Source: Eubacteriales bacterium (GTDB taxonomy: Bacteria > Bacillota > Clostridia > Oscillospirales > CAG-272). From it: 64,000 bases of DNA. Below, one piece after another: positions 9,451 through 19,662 of the stretch. Below the pieces are notes generated by a model. That model was not told the origin of the DNA, did not search any database, and worked only from the letters and a program-made list of their open reading frames with translations. The DNA lies in NCBI GenBank assembly GCA_045643945.1, contig JAZRGA010000018.1, positions 6,774 to 70,773 of the forward strand. Direction: 5' to 3'. The position numbers and the translations under genes were made by a program. Within the stretch, counting starts at the first letter, position 1; every line of letters begins with the position of its first letter.

Positions 9451-10827
9451 ATGGAATACCGTATTGAACATGATTCTATGGGAGAAATGAAGGTCCCCGC
9501 AGACCGTCTTTGGGCGGCTCAAACACAAAGAAGTCACGAAAACTTTGAAATAGGCGTAGGTATTGAAACTATGCCATCCGAAATAATTCACGCATTCGGC
9601 GTACTCAAAAAGGCGGCTGCTATTACCAACAATAAGCTCCGTCCCGAGAAGATGACAAATGAAAAGCTTAGCGCTATCTCTGCGGCGTGCGACGAGGTTA
9701 TGGCAGGAAAATTAAACAGTCACTTCCCTCTCGTAGTATGGCAGACAGGCTCGGGAACACAATCGAATATGAACTCTAACGAGGTTATTGCAAACCGTGG
9801 AAATCAAATTCTCGGAAAGCAGCTTCTCCACCCCAACGACGACTCAAATATGAGCCAATCCTCTAACGACACCTTCCCTACTGCTATGCACATAGCGGCA
9901 GTTATAAGCCTTGAGGACAAGCTTATCCCCGCAGTAAAGGAGCTTATCGCAACCTTTATCCGACTTGAGGCCGAGAACGAGGGTATAGTCAAGAGCGGAA
10001 GAACACATCTTCAGGACGCAACCCCTATCAAATTCAGTCAGGAAATAAGCGGATGGCGCTCAAGCCTTGAGCGTGACGTTGAGCTTATCGAGCGCTCCAT
10101 TGAGCCGCTTCGTGAGCTTGCTCTCGGTGGAACTGCCGTAGGAACGGGACTTAACGCTCCCAAGGGCTTCGACGTTGGCGTTGCCGAGGAGGTATCCAAA
10201 ATAACGGGTAAGAAATTCATTACCGCATCAAACAAATTCCACGCGCTCACCTCAAAGGACGAGCTTGTATTTGCTCACGGTGCTATCAAGGCTCTTGCGT
10301 GCGATATGATGAAGATAGCAAACGACGTTCGTTGGCTTGCCTCAGGTCCTCGCGACGGTCTTGGAGAGATATTCATTCCCGAAAACGAGCCCGGCTCATC
10401 TATTATGCCAGGTAAGGTAAACCCCACTCAGTGTGAGGCGGTTACTATGGTTGCCGTTCAGGTTATGGGTAATGACGTTGCAGTCGCTATGGCGGCTTCT
10501 CAAGGAAACTTCGAGCTTAACGTATTTATGCCCGTATGCATCTACAACTTCCTTCAGTCGGCAAGACTTCTTGCAGAGGCTATCACGTCCTTTAACAAGA
10601 ATTGCGCAGTGGGAATAGTAGCAAACAGAGAAAAAATGCATCACAATCTTCATAATTCCCTTATGCTCGTCACCGCTCTCAACCCCTATATCGGCTATGA
10701 GAATGCGGCAAAAACCGCTAAGAAGGCATTCAAGGACAATATTTCTCTTAAAGAGGCTTGCATTGAGCTTGGCTTCTTAACGGCGGAAAAGTTTGACGAG
10801 GTATTCCACCCCGAGCAGATGGTATAA
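9451..10827 (+). CDS. fumC: Class II fumarate hydratase
   Basis: 458 aa with the signature GSSIMPGKVNPTQCEA and fumarase/aspartase family blocks (TGSGTQSNMN, GRTHLQDATP). Confidence 0.9.
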   Translation: MEYRIEHDSMGEMKVPADRLWAAQTQRSHENFEIGVGIETMPSEIIHAFGVLKKAAAITNNKLRPEKMTNEKLSAISAACDEVMAGKLNSHFPLVVWQTGSGTQSNMNSNEVIANRGNQILGKQLLHPNDDSNMSQSSNDTFPTAMHIAAVISLEDKLIPAVKELIATFIRLEAENEGIVKSGRTHLQDATPIKFSQEISGWRSSLERDVELIERSIEPLRELALGGTAVGTGLNAPKGFDVGVAEEVSKITGKKFITASNKFHALTSKDELVFAHGAIKALACDMMKIANDVRWLASGPRDGLGEIFIPENEPGSSIMPGKVNPTQCEAVTMVAVQVMGNDVAVAMAASQGNFELNVFMPVCIYNFLQSARLLAEAITSFNKNCAVGIVANREKMHHNLHNSLMLVTALNPYIGYENAAKTAKKAFKDNISLKEACIELGFLTAEKFDEVFHPEQMV

Positions 10828-10865
10828 GTCTGCGCTAAATTCCGAGGCAAATTGGAGGTAAATAA

Positions 10866-11657
10866 ATGAAGGTCAGTTATTTTCCCGGTTGCACACTAAA
10901 AAACAAGGCAAAGGATCTTGACGCATACGCACGCAGATCCGCAGAGGCCCTCGGTGTAACCTTAGAGGAAATCGAAGAATGGCAGTGCTGCGGCGGAGTC
11001 TTTACCACCGCAAATAACGAGGCGGCGACAAAGCTTTCCTCGGTTCGCGCGCTCAAATATGCGTACGAAAAAAATCAACCGCTTATAACGGTCTGCTCTG
11101 CCTGCCATAACGTCATAAAGCAAACCAATCACGAATTGCAGGTAAACAAAGCCTTTTGCAATAAGGTAAATCAATATATGGCGGAGGAAAACGAATATCA
11201 CGGTGAGGCCGAGGTATATCACTATCTCGAGATGCTCCGCGATATCGTTGGCTTTGACAAGGTAAAGGAATGTGTTAAAAACAGCCTCAAAGGTAAAAAA
11301 ATAGCGGCATACTACGGTTGTCTGCTCCTTCGTCCTAACAAGGTAATGCGTATGGACGATCCCGAAAACCCCACCGTTATCGAGGACTTAATACGCGCGC
11401 TTGGTGCAGAGGCGATAATATACGCAAGAAGAAACGAGTGCTGCGGAGCATACGTTTCACTTGAAGCTCCCGAAAGCGCAAAAAGAAACGCAAGCGCTAT
11501 TATTCAAAACGCAAAGGCGGCGGGAGCGGAAATGATTATAACCGCGTGCCCTCTTTGCAAATACAATCTTGAAAAATGCGGCGGAGATATTCCCGTTGTA
11601 TATTTTACCGAGATTTTAGCAGAGGCTCTCGGCGTAAAGGAGGATACCGATAATTAA
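10866..11657 (+). CDS. hdrB: Heterodisulfide reductase subunit B-like protein (two CCG domains)
   Basis: 263 aa. CCG motifs at WQCCGG and NECCGAY plus CPLCKYNL. Operon neighbour of HdrC and HdrA. Confidence 0.75.
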   Translation: MKVSYFPGCTLKNKAKDLDAYARRSAEALGVTLEEIEEWQCCGGVFTTANNEAATKLSSVRALKYAYEKNQPLITVCSACHNVIKQTNHELQVNKAFCNKVNQYMAEENEYHGEAEVYHYLEMLRDIVGFDKVKECVKNSLKGKKIAAYYGCLLLRPNKVMRMDDPENPTVIEDLIRALGAEAIIYARRNECCGAYVSLEAPESAKRNASAIIQNAKAAGAEMIITACPLCKYNLEKCGGDIPVVYFTEILAEALGVKEDTDN

Positions 11658-11659
11658 CG

Positions 11660-12049
11660 ATGGAAAACAATAAGTATCTTCGAGAAGAAATTTTAAGAAT
11701 GAGCGGCGTTGACACAAGCAAATGTATGAAGTGCGGAAAATGCTCGGCTACCTGCCCTGCTTACGATGAAATGGAGTATCACCCCCATCAGTTCGTATCT
11801 ATGGTTCAGGAGGGAGATATCGAGCCGCTTATAAAATCCGAATCACTCTATAAGTGCTTATCCTGCTTCGCTTGCATCGACAGATGCCCTCGCGGAGTCG
11901 AGCCTGCAAAGGTGGTTGAGGCGGTGCGTCTTACTGCGGTAAGAAAGCAGGGCGCAAACCGTATGACACCTAACGACGTACCCGCAAGGCTTGATGCGGA
12001 TACGCCTCAGCAGCTTCTTGTAAGCGCTTTTAGAAAATATACTAAGTAA
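11660..12049 (+). CDS. hdrC: Heterodisulfide reductase subunit C-like 2x[4Fe-4S] protein
   Basis: 129 aa with CMKCGKCSATCP and CLSCFACIDRCP. There is a 2-nt gap to the upstream hdrB-like gene. Confidence 0.75.
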   Translation: MENNKYLREEILRMSGVDTSKCMKCGKCSATCPAYDEMEYHPHQFVSMVQEGDIEPLIKSESLYKCLSCFACIDRCPRGVEPAKVVEAVRLTAVRKQGANRMTPNDVPARLDADTPQQLLVSAFRKYTK

Positions 12050-12063
12050 AGGAGGAAGGACAT

Positions 12064-14058
12064 ATGCAAAGAGTTGGAGTTTTTGTATGCTGGTGCGGAA
12101 GTAACATCGCAGGAACGGTTGACGTTGTAGCGGTATCCGAAGCGCTAAAAAATGAACCAGGCGTAGTCTTTTCCGCCAATTATCAATATATGTGCTCTCA
12201 GGCAGGTCAGGATATGATAAAGGATGCCGTAAAGGAGCATAATCTTACAGGAATAGTAGTTTGCTCATGCTCACCGAGAATGCACGAGGCTACCTTCCGT
12301 AAAACCGCAGCCGCGGCAGGTCTTAATCCTTATATGGTCGAAATCGCAAACATCCGCGAGCAATGCTCTTGGGTACATAAGGATATAGCATCGGGAACCG
12401 AAAAGGCTATAATCCTCGGTAAAGCGGCTATTGCAAAGGTTAACCTTAACGCACCGCTCACACCGGGTGAATCCCCCGTAACCAAGCGCGCGCTCGTTAT
12501 CGGAGGAGGTATTGCGGGAATTCAAACTGCCCTCGATATTGCCGATGCGGGATTTGAGGTAGATATAGTTGAGAAGCAGCCCACAATAGGCGGTAAAATG
12601 GCTCAGCTTGACAAAACATTCCCAACGCTCGACTGTGCGGCGTGTATTCTTACGCCTAAAATGGTTGACGTTGCTCAAAATGAAAAAATACGTATTTTCT
12701 CCTACAGTGAGGTTACCGACGTACACGGCTTTGTAGGTAATTTCGACGTAACGATAAAGAAAAAGGCGAGATACGTTAAAGAGGATATCTGCACGGGATG
12801 CGGCGCTTGCGTTGAAAAGTGCCCCATGAAAAAAGTCCCCAACGAGTTCAATCTTGGAATGGACAACCGACGCGCAGTCTATATTCCCTTTGCGCAAGCA
12901 GTCCCCAAGGTTGCAACGATAGACCCTAACGCCTGCAATATGCTTAAGAACGGCAAATGCGGTCTTTGCGCAAAAATCTGTACTGCGGGCGCTATCGACT
13001 ACACTCAAAAGGATGAAATAATCAAAGAAAAATACGGCGCTATCGTCGTTGCCACAGGATTTAATCCTATCAGTATGGAAAAATTCGACGAATTTGCCTA
13101 CAATCAGTCAAAGGACGTTATCACCTCGCTTGAGTTCGAGCGCCTTACCAATGCGGCAGGCCCATCTGCGGGAAAGCTTGTACGTCCGTCAGACGGAAAG
13201 CATCCTCACACGATAGTTTTCGTTCAGTGCGTCGGCTCACGTTGTGAGTCCTGCGCAGAAAAGGGTAAGGAATACTGCTCAAAGATATGCTGTATGTATA
13301 CCGCTAAGCACGCAATGCTTACAAGAGATAAATATCCCGATACCGAGGTTTACGTCTTCTACATTGACGTAAGAACACCCGGAAAGAACTTTGACGAGTT
13401 CTACCGTCGCGCAGTCGAGGAATACGGCGTTAAATACGTCAAGGGTATGGTAGGAAAAATAGTTCCCGAGGGCGACAAGCTCAAGGTTCAGGCATCCGAC
13501 CTTTTATCTAACAAGCAGCTTCACATTGACGCCGACCTTGTGGTTTTGGCTACGGCTATCGAGCCCGACAAATCGGCTCGCTCGCTTGCTACTATGCTTA
13601 CCGCAAGTATGGATACAAACGATTTCTTTACCGAGGCGCATCCAAAGCTTCGACCCGTTGAAAGCCCGACCGCGGGAGTATTTCTCTCGGGCGCTTGCCA
13701 AGGTCCTAAGGATATCCCCGAAACGGTATCTCAGGCGGGTGCGGCAGCATCTAAGGTTATCGGACTTCTTTCAAAGAACAAGCTTACGGGTAACCCCTGC
13801 GTTGCAAGCTCCGACGAGCTTATGTGCAACGGCTGCTCAAGCTGTGAGCGAGTTTGTCCTTACGGTGCTATAACCTATATCGAAAAGGAATTCCGTATGC
13901 CCGACAGAACAACAAAAATAAGACGTGTCGCTTCGGTAAACCCTGCGGTATGTCAGGGATGCGGAGCGTGTACCGTTGCTTGCCCCTCGGGCGCTATGGA
14001 CCTTTTGGGATTTAAAAACAATCAAATTATGGCGGAGGTTGATGCAATATGCAAGTAA
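12064..14058 (+). CDS. hdrA: Heterodisulfide reductase subunit A-like FAD/Fe-S flavoprotein
   Basis: 664 aa. FAD motif VIGGGIAGIQTALDIADAG, TFPTLDCAACILTPKM, and several ferredoxin-type Cys clusters (CTGCGACVEKCP, CNGCSSCERVCP, CQGCGACTVACP). Confidence 0.85.
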   Translation: MQRVGVFVCWCGSNIAGTVDVVAVSEALKNEPGVVFSANYQYMCSQAGQDMIKDAVKEHNLTGIVVCSCSPRMHEATFRKTAAAAGLNPYMVEIANIREQCSWVHKDIASGTEKAIILGKAAIAKVNLNAPLTPGESPVTKRALVIGGGIAGIQTALDIADAGFEVDIVEKQPTIGGKMAQLDKTFPTLDCAACILTPKMVDVAQNEKIRIFSYSEVTDVHGFVGNFDVTIKKKARYVKEDICTGCGACVEKCPMKKVPNEFNLGMDNRRAVYIPFAQAVPKVATIDPNACNMLKNGKCGLCAKICTAGAIDYTQKDEIIKEKYGAIVVATGFNPISMEKFDEFAYNQSKDVITSLEFERLTNAAGPSAGKLVRPSDGKHPHTIVFVQCVGSRCESCAEKGKEYCSKICCMYTAKHAMLTRDKYPDTEVYVFYIDVRTPGKNFDEFYRRAVEEYGVKYVKGMVGKIVPEGDKLKVQASDLLSNKQLHIDADLVVLATAIEPDKSARSLATMLTASMDTNDFFTEAHPKLRPVESPTAGVFLSGACQGPKDIPETVSQAGAAASKVIGLLSKNKLTGNPCVASSDELMCNGCSSCERVCPYGAITYIEKEFRMPDRTTKIRRVASVNPAVCQGCGACTVACPSGAMDLLGFKNNQIMAEVDAICK

Positions 14059-14483
14059 ATGAATATAAGCCCTTAATAGTTGCCTTTTGCTGCAACTGGT
14101 GCTCATATGCGGGCGCTGACCTTGCGGGAAACAACCGTCTTGCATATCCCGCCGACGTAAAAATTATAAAAGTTCCCTGCTCATGCAGAGTTAACCCCAC
14201 GTTTATTCTCCGCGCGTTTCAAAGAGGCGCTGACGGAGTTATAATCTGTGGATGTCACCCCGGCGACTGTCACTATACCTCGGGTAATTACTATACCCGT
14301 CGCCGTATGGCAACTCTTTTCTCTATGCTCGATTTTCTCGGTATTGAAAAGGAGCGCACCCGTGTTGAATGGGTATCTGCCGCAGAGGGAGCAAAGTTTG
14401 CCGCAACTATGAACGATTTCGTTGCAACGGTTACGGCACTTGGAGAAAACAAGAGATTGGAGGACTTAAGATGCAAAAAATAA
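14049..14483 (+). CDS. mvhD: MvhD/FlxD-like [2Fe-2S] protein (methyl-viologen-reducing hydrogenase delta subunit family)
   Basis: 144 aa with FCCNWCSYAGADLAG, VPCSCRVNP and ICGCHPGDCHY. Overlaps the hdrA stop by 10 nt. Confidence 0.8.
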   Translation: MQVNEYKPLIVAFCCNWCSYAGADLAGNNRLAYPADVKIIKVPCSCRVNPTFILRAFQRGADGVIICGCHPGDCHYTSGNYYTRRRMATLFSMLDFLGIEKERTRVEWVSAAEGAKFAATMNDFVATVTALGENKRLEDLRCKK

Positions 14484-15469
14484 CCCGTGAACAGTTAATA
14501 GCAAAAGCCACCGAGCTTTTTGAAAACGGCACTGTAAGCTGCGCTCTCGGTTGGGTCAAGGGTGAATTTGATTATGACGTAGCTCCTACTCTTTTTAAAA
14601 GCATCGACGAGCTTAAGGACGGATTTGTCTGGGGAGATTTCTGCGGTGCAAACTTTGCAAAATATCTTATTTCAAAAACGCAAGGCATTGACGGTAAGCT
14701 TCTTGTTTTCTTAAAGCCCTGCGACACATATAGCTTTAATCAGCTTCTCAGCGAGCATAGATTCGACCGTGAAAAGGTTTACGCCGTCGGAATTCCTTGC
14801 GAGGGTATGGTTGATATTGCAAAAATAAAATCCGTAACGGGCGAGGGTATTTGCAAAATAGAGTGTGAAGGTGATAAAATCAAGGTCACCACGCTTTACG
14901 AGGACGAGCCTATTTCTATTAATTTTTCGGACGTTCTTGCAGAACGGTGCATAAACTGTAAAAGCAAGAAGCACGTTGCTTACGACGAGCTTTTAGGCGA
15001 TGACGGTGACGTTATAGAGTCAAACAGATTTGACGAGGTTGCTCGAATTGAGGCTATGACTCCCGACGAAAGATTTGAATTTTGGCAAAACGAGCTTTCA
15101 AAATGCATCCGTTGTAATGCTTGCCGTGACGTATGTCCCGCTTGCACCTGCGAAAAGTGCGTATTTGACAATCCAAGCTCGGGAATAGAAAATAAATCCC
15201 CCGCAAACAGCTTTGAAGAAAAAATGTTCCATATTATAAGAACCTTTCACGTTGCGGGCAGATGCACAGACTGCGGTGAATGCTCGAGAGTATGTCCTCA
15301 AAATATTCCTCTCCACCTGCTCAACCGCAAGTTTATAAAGGATATAAACAATTTTTACGGTGAGTATCAGGCTGGCGAGGAGGTAGGCTCACGTTCACCG
15401 CTCGTTGATTACACACTTGACGACCTTGAGGCAAGTGAGATTTTTGACAGGAGGGATAAAAATGCTTAA
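14471..15469 (+). CDS. Fe-S subunit, FlxC-like (4Fe-4S dicluster protein)
   Basis: The ORF track starts this at 14369. I prefer the ATG at 14471 (MQKITREQ) because GGAGGA lies 6 nt upstream. Cys clusters: CIRCNACRDVCPAC and CTDCGECSRVCP. Confidence 0.6.
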   Translation: MQKITREQLIAKATELFENGTVSCALGWVKGEFDYDVAPTLFKSIDELKDGFVWGDFCGANFAKYLISKTQGIDGKLLVFLKPCDTYSFNQLLSEHRFDREKVYAVGIPCEGMVDIAKIKSVTGEGICKIECEGDKIKVTTLYEDEPISINFSDVLAERCINCKSKKHVAYDELLGDDGDVIESNRFDEVARIEAMTPDERFEFWQNELSKCIRCNACRDVCPACTCEKCVFDNPSSGIENKSPANSFEEKMFHIIRTFHVAGRCTDCGECSRVCPQNIPLHLLNRKFIKDINNFYGEYQAGEEVGSRSPLVDYTLDDLEASEIFDRRDKNA

Positions 15470-16490
15470 ATGCTCTCTTGATAAAATTCAAAGCCTTTTT
15501 GCCGAAATAGCTAAAGGCGCAAGACTTTATATGCCCGTCGACAACGCCGATAAAAGCGCATCCTACGCAGAATGGAGCGAGGGTGTTGAATGGTCGAGGG
15601 CACTTAACACAACGAAAAGTCCCAAGGATTTCTTCTTTCCTCAAACCGAGGATTTAATGAGATTTAAAACCGAGGGAAAGAGCATCGAGGTAATTGATAT
15701 ACGCCGTGAGCTTGAGGATTTCGTTATATTCGGAGTCCGTGCCTGCGACGTAAAAAGCTTTGATATTCTTGATAAGGTTTTCCTCTCCGAGCCACGCGAC
15801 AGCTTTTATGCTATGAAGCGTGAAAAAGGAATAATAGTTTCACTCGCTTGCTCAAGACCTGCCGAAACCTGCTTTTGCTCTACGTTCGGAATTGATGCGG
15901 CAGACCCCGCGGGCGACGTTACCGCTTGGAGATGCGAGGATGCTATTTATCTTCGCGCCAACACAGATAAGGGTGAAGCTCTCCTTTCACGTCTTAGCGG
16001 CATTCTCGAGGAATGTGACGATAGCGCAGTAAATGCCGAGAAGGAAAAAATCGCAAAAATAATGAATAAGCTTCCCTTAAAGGACCTTTCCACAGACTCC
16101 TTTGGTGGAGGCAAAACGATGGAAATTTTTGACGACCCCGCTTGGGAGGAGCTTTCAACGGCTTGTCTTGGCTGCGGAACGTGTACCTTTGTTTGCCCAA
16201 CCTGCCAGTGCTATGATATAAAGGATTTTAACACAGGCAACGGCGTTATACGTTACAGATGCTGGGATTCGTGTATGTATTCCGAATTTACAAAAATGGC
16301 TCACGGAAACAACAGACTCACGCAAAAGGAGCGATTCCGTCAAAGATTTATGCATAAGCTTGTATATTTCCCCGAAAACAACGACGGACTCTTCAGCTGC
16401 GTCGGTTGCGGAAGATGCCTTACAAAATGTCCTATTTCTATGAATATAGTTAAGGTAATGAAGAAAATAGGAGGAAATAAAGATGAATGA
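15462..16490 (+). CDS. Fe-S subunit, FlxB/AsrA-like (anaerobic sulfite reductase subunit A / sulfhydrogenase beta family)
   Basis: Start moved to the ATG at 15462 (MLKCSLDK), preceded by AGGAGG, overlapping the upstream stop by 8 nt. Motifs: GVRACD, CLGCGTCTFVCPTCQC and CVGCGRCLTKCP. Confidence 0.65.
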   Translation: MLKCSLDKIQSLFAEIAKGARLYMPVDNADKSASYAEWSEGVEWSRALNTTKSPKDFFFPQTEDLMRFKTEGKSIEVIDIRRELEDFVIFGVRACDVKSFDILDKVFLSEPRDSFYAMKREKGIIVSLACSRPAETCFCSTFGIDAADPAGDVTAWRCEDAIYLRANTDKGEALLSRLSGILEECDDSAVNAEKEKIAKIMNKLPLKDLSTDSFGGGKTMEIFDDPAWEELSTACLGCGTCTFVCPTCQCYDIKDFNTGNGVIRYRCWDSCMYSEFTKMAHGNNRLTQKERFRQRFMHKLVYFPENNDGLFSCVGCGRCLTKCPISMNIVKVMKKIGGNKDE

Positions 16491-17343
16491 TATAAATAAT
16501 TTTAATGATATAAATATTGCAAACGATACTTTAATTCCTTTGGTTGGCGTCATTACCGACGTAAGAATTGACACTCCCGACATAAAGACCTTCCGCGTTG
16601 TAACCGTAGACGGTAAAAAGGCATTCGACCACCGTCCCGGACAGTGCGCTATGCTCTCTATTCCCGGTGTTGGCGAGGCTATGTTTTCTATAACCTCATC
16701 GCCTACAAACACCGAGTATATGGAGTTTGCAATTAAAAAATGCGGATGCGTTACCGATTGGCTTCACCAAGCCGAGGTAGGTCAACAGATTACAATACGC
16801 GGTCCTTACGGAAAGCCCTTTCCCGTAGACGACGTGTTCGCAGGAAAAAATCTTCTGTTTATAGCAGGCGGTGTCGGACTTGCTCCGCTTCGTTCGGTTA
16901 TAAACTACTGCCGCCACTATCGCGAGCGCTACGGTGATATCGATATAGTTTACGGCTCACGCAGTAAGGAGGACCTGCTTGATTACCGTGAAATTATTGA
17001 GGAATGGTCGACCGACGCAGGCGTTAACGTCCATCTTACGATAGACAATCCGCAAGAGGATTGGAACGGTCACGTCGGCTTTGTTCCCAACTATGTAAAG
17101 GAGCTTGGATTTGACACCGACAAAACCGCTATAATCTGCGGTCCTCCAATTATGATAAAATTCACACTTGAGGGACTTGTTGACCTCGGATTTGACAAAA
17201 CGCAGGTTTATACAACGCTCGAGCTTAGAATGAAGTGCGGAGTCGGTAAATGCGGCAGATGCAACGTAGGCGCTAAATACGTCTGCAAGGACGGACCCGT
17301 GTTCAGATGTGACGAGCTTGAAGAGCTTCCGAGCGAATATTAA
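16483..17343 (+). CDS. FAD/NAD(P)H-binding oxidoreductase with C-terminal [2Fe-2S], FlxA/AsrB/PyrK-like
   Basis: 286 aa. Ferredoxin-NADP reductase-type fold (RPGQCAML, FSITSSP, LLFIAGGVGLAPL) and C-terminal CGVGKCGRCNVG. Overlaps the upstream gene by 8 nt. Confidence 0.75.
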   Translation: MNDINNFNDINIANDTLIPLVGVITDVRIDTPDIKTFRVVTVDGKKAFDHRPGQCAMLSIPGVGEAMFSITSSPTNTEYMEFAIKKCGCVTDWLHQAEVGQQITIRGPYGKPFPVDDVFAGKNLLFIAGGVGLAPLRSVINYCRHYRERYGDIDIVYGSRSKEDLLDYREIIEEWSTDAGVNVHLTIDNPQEDWNGHVGFVPNYVKELGFDTDKTAIICGPPIMIKFTLEGLVDLGFDKTQVYTTLELRMKCGVGKCGRCNVGAKYVCKDGPVFRCDELEELPSEY

Positions 17344-17360
17344 AGGAGAAAAGAAAACAA

Positions 17361-18035
17361 ATGGAAAAAACGGTAAATATATTTCTTTTCGGTAAAAAAT
17401 ACGCAGTACCCGAAAATCTTACTATTATGACCGCTATGGAATATGCAGGCTATCAGCTCGTTCGCGGATGCGGCTGCAGAAACGGCTTTTGCGGTGCTTG
17501 CGCTACGATTTATCGAATAAAGGGTGACAAGGAGCTTCACGCCTGCCTTGCGTGTCAAACCAAGGTTGAGGACAATATGTATATCGCTACCTTGCCCTTC
17601 TTCCCTCTCGTTAAAGAGGTTTATAATATTAACGAAATTCCCGTAAACGAAACCGTTATGATGCAGCTTTACCCCGAGGTTTACGCATGTATCGGATGCA
17701 ACGCCTGCACAAAGGCTTGCACACAGGGACTCAACGTAATGCAATACATAGCATACGCTCAGCGCGGAGATTTTGAAAAATGTGCCGAGGAGTCCTTTGA
17801 CTGCGTTATGTGCGGAGTTTGCTCGTCAAGATGCCCTGCGGGTATTTCACATCCTCAGGTTGCTATGCTTGCAAGAAGAATAAACGGAAAATATCTCGCT
17901 CCGGGATGCGGTCACCTTGAGGACCGTGTTAAAGAAATAGAAAGCGGTGATTTTAATGAGCTTATAGAAGCTCTTATGCAAAAGCCCATCGACGAGATGA
18001 AAGAGCTTTACAACAACCGTGATATAGAAAAATAA
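17361..18035 (+). CDS. Succinate dehydrogenase/fumarate reductase iron-sulfur subunit-like protein
   Basis: 224 aa. N-terminal plant-type [2Fe-2S] pattern CGCRNGFCGACA..C, followed by CIGCNACTKAC and CVMCGVCSSRCP. Confidence 0.7.
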   Translation: MEKTVNIFLFGKKYAVPENLTIMTAMEYAGYQLVRGCGCRNGFCGACATIYRIKGDKELHACLACQTKVEDNMYIATLPFFPLVKEVYNINEIPVNETVMMQLYPEVYACIGCNACTKACTQGLNVMQYIAYAQRGDFEKCAEESFDCVMCGVCSSRCPAGISHPQVAMLARRINGKYLAPGCGHLEDRVKEIESGDFNELIEALMQKPIDEMKELYNNRDIEK

Positions 18036-18048
18036 GGAGGACGCATAA

Positions 18049-19647
18049 ATGTATTCTGAACAGTTTAAGGCTTCACTTGCGCTTGTTGAAGCGGCAAGAG
18101 AAAAGAATATTGCTCTTGAGCCTACCCGAATGACGGCAGAGCAAAAGGAAACAGTGCTTGCGTCATTCCACCCCGACTACAAGGTTGACGAGTTTACTAC
18201 TCTTTCAATAGGCGCAAACAAGGGCGACAAGGTTCCAAAGGAGCTTGCCGAAATTCTTCAGGCTCATAGCCGTATAAACGCAGATAGCGTTGACCTCAGC
18301 GCTCCCGATTACGAAACCGACGTTCTCGTTATCGGAGGAGGCGGAGCGGGTGCTTCTGCGGCAATCGAGGCTCACGAGGCAGGTGCAAGTGTAACCGTTG
18401 TAACCAAGCTCCGTATGGGCGACGCAAATACGATGATGGCAGAGGGCGGAATTCAAGCGGCAGATAAGCCCAACGATTCCCCTGCAATCCACTTTATAGA
18501 CGCATTCGGAGGCGGTCACTTTGCCGCAAAGCGCGAGCTTCTCTCAAAGCTTGTATGCGATGCTCCCGAGGCGATAAAATGGCTCTCCGAGCTTGGCGTT
18601 GAATTTGACAAGGAGCCTGACGGCACTATGGTAACCACCCACGGAGGCGGTACGTCACGCAAGCGTATGCACGCCGCTAAGGACTATTCGGGCGCAGAAA
18701 TTATGCGCACGCTTCGTGATGAGGTATTAAATCGCAATATTCCCGTAATAGACTTTACCGCCGCTATCGAGCTTATACTCGACGAAAACGGTAATGCGGC
18801 AGGCGCGGTGCTTATGAATATGGAAACTAAAGAGCTTCTCGTTGCAAAGGCAAAAACGGTAATCATCGCAACGGGCGGAGCGGGTAGAATGCACTATCAG
18901 GGCTTCCCCACCTCCAACCACTACGGAGCAACCGCAGACGGACTCGTTCTCGGCTACCGCGCGGGCGCAAAGCTTCTTTATGCAGAAACACTTCAATATC
19001 ACCCCACGGGCGTTGCATTCCCCGAGCAGATATTCGGAGCGCTTGTAACCGAAAAGGTGCGCTCTCTCGGAGCAAAGCTCGTTAACAAAAACGGAGAGGT
19101 GTTTATGCATCCTCTCGAAACCCGTGACGTTACCGCAGCATCTATTATCCGTGAGTGCAACGAGCGTGATAACGGAATCGATTGCGGAAACGGCAAGGGC
19201 GTTTGGCTCGATACGCCTATGATAGAAAAAATAGGCGGCGAGGGTACTATTATGAAACGTATTCCCGCTATGTGGAGAATGTTCGATAAGTACGGAATTG
19301 ACATAAGACGTGAGCCTATTCTCGTTTACCCAACGCTTCACTATCAAAACGGCGGTCTTGACATTACCGACGACTGTATGACTACAAACGTAAAGAATTT
19401 ATTCGTTGCGGGCGAAGCGGTTGGCGGAATACACGGCAAGAACAGACTTATGGGTAACTCGCTTCTCGATATTATCGTATTCGGCAGAAGCGCAGGAAAG
19501 AATGCGGCGGCAAAAGCAAAGGAAACCACCGTTGGAAAGCTTAGCCTTGCGCACGTTGCAAGCTTTGAAGCAGAAATCAAGGCGGCGGGAATTACCACCG
19601 ACGTAGTTTCTCCCAAGCTTCTCCCCGACTATACTCGAAGGGTCTAA
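18049..19647 (+). CDS. Fumarate reductase/succinate dehydrogenase-family flavoprotein subunit, soluble type
   Basis: 532 aa with DVLVIGGGGAGASAAIEA, LQYHPTG, HYQNGG and RLMGNSLLDIIVFGRSAG. No His at the covalent-FAD position (GDANTMMAEGG). No membrane-anchor gene is adjacent. Confidence 0.75.
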   Translation: MYSEQFKASLALVEAAREKNIALEPTRMTAEQKETVLASFHPDYKVDEFTTLSIGANKGDKVPKELAEILQAHSRINADSVDLSAPDYETDVLVIGGGGAGASAAIEAHEAGASVTVVTKLRMGDANTMMAEGGIQAADKPNDSPAIHFIDAFGGGHFAAKRELLSKLVCDAPEAIKWLSELGVEFDKEPDGTMVTTHGGGTSRKRMHAAKDYSGAEIMRTLRDEVLNRNIPVIDFTAAIELILDENGNAAGAVLMNMETKELLVAKAKTVIIATGGAGRMHYQGFPTSNHYGATADGLVLGYRAGAKLLYAETLQYHPTGVAFPEQIFGALVTEKVRSLGAKLVNKNGEVFMHPLETRDVTAASIIRECNERDNGIDCGNGKGVWLDTPMIEKIGGEGTIMKRIPAMWRMFDKYGIDIRREPILVYPTLHYQNGGLDITDDCMTTNVKNLFVAGEAVGGIHGKNRLMGNSLLDIIVFGRSAGKNAAAKAKETTVGKLSLAHVASFEAEIKAAGITTDVVSPKLLPDYTRRV

Positions 19648-19662
19648 GAAAGGACATTATCT

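Noticed and set aside
12271-13008. Long antisense ORFs inside conserved genes (e.g. 12271..13008, 24395..25234, 18727..19347, 4433..5044, 54342..54989, 55758..56252)
   Set aside because: Each lies opposite a CDS with strong family motifs (HdrA, IleRS, FrdA-like, esterase, TasA-like). They have skewed Arg/Cys/Ser-rich composition and no RBS, so they are typical shadow ORFs.
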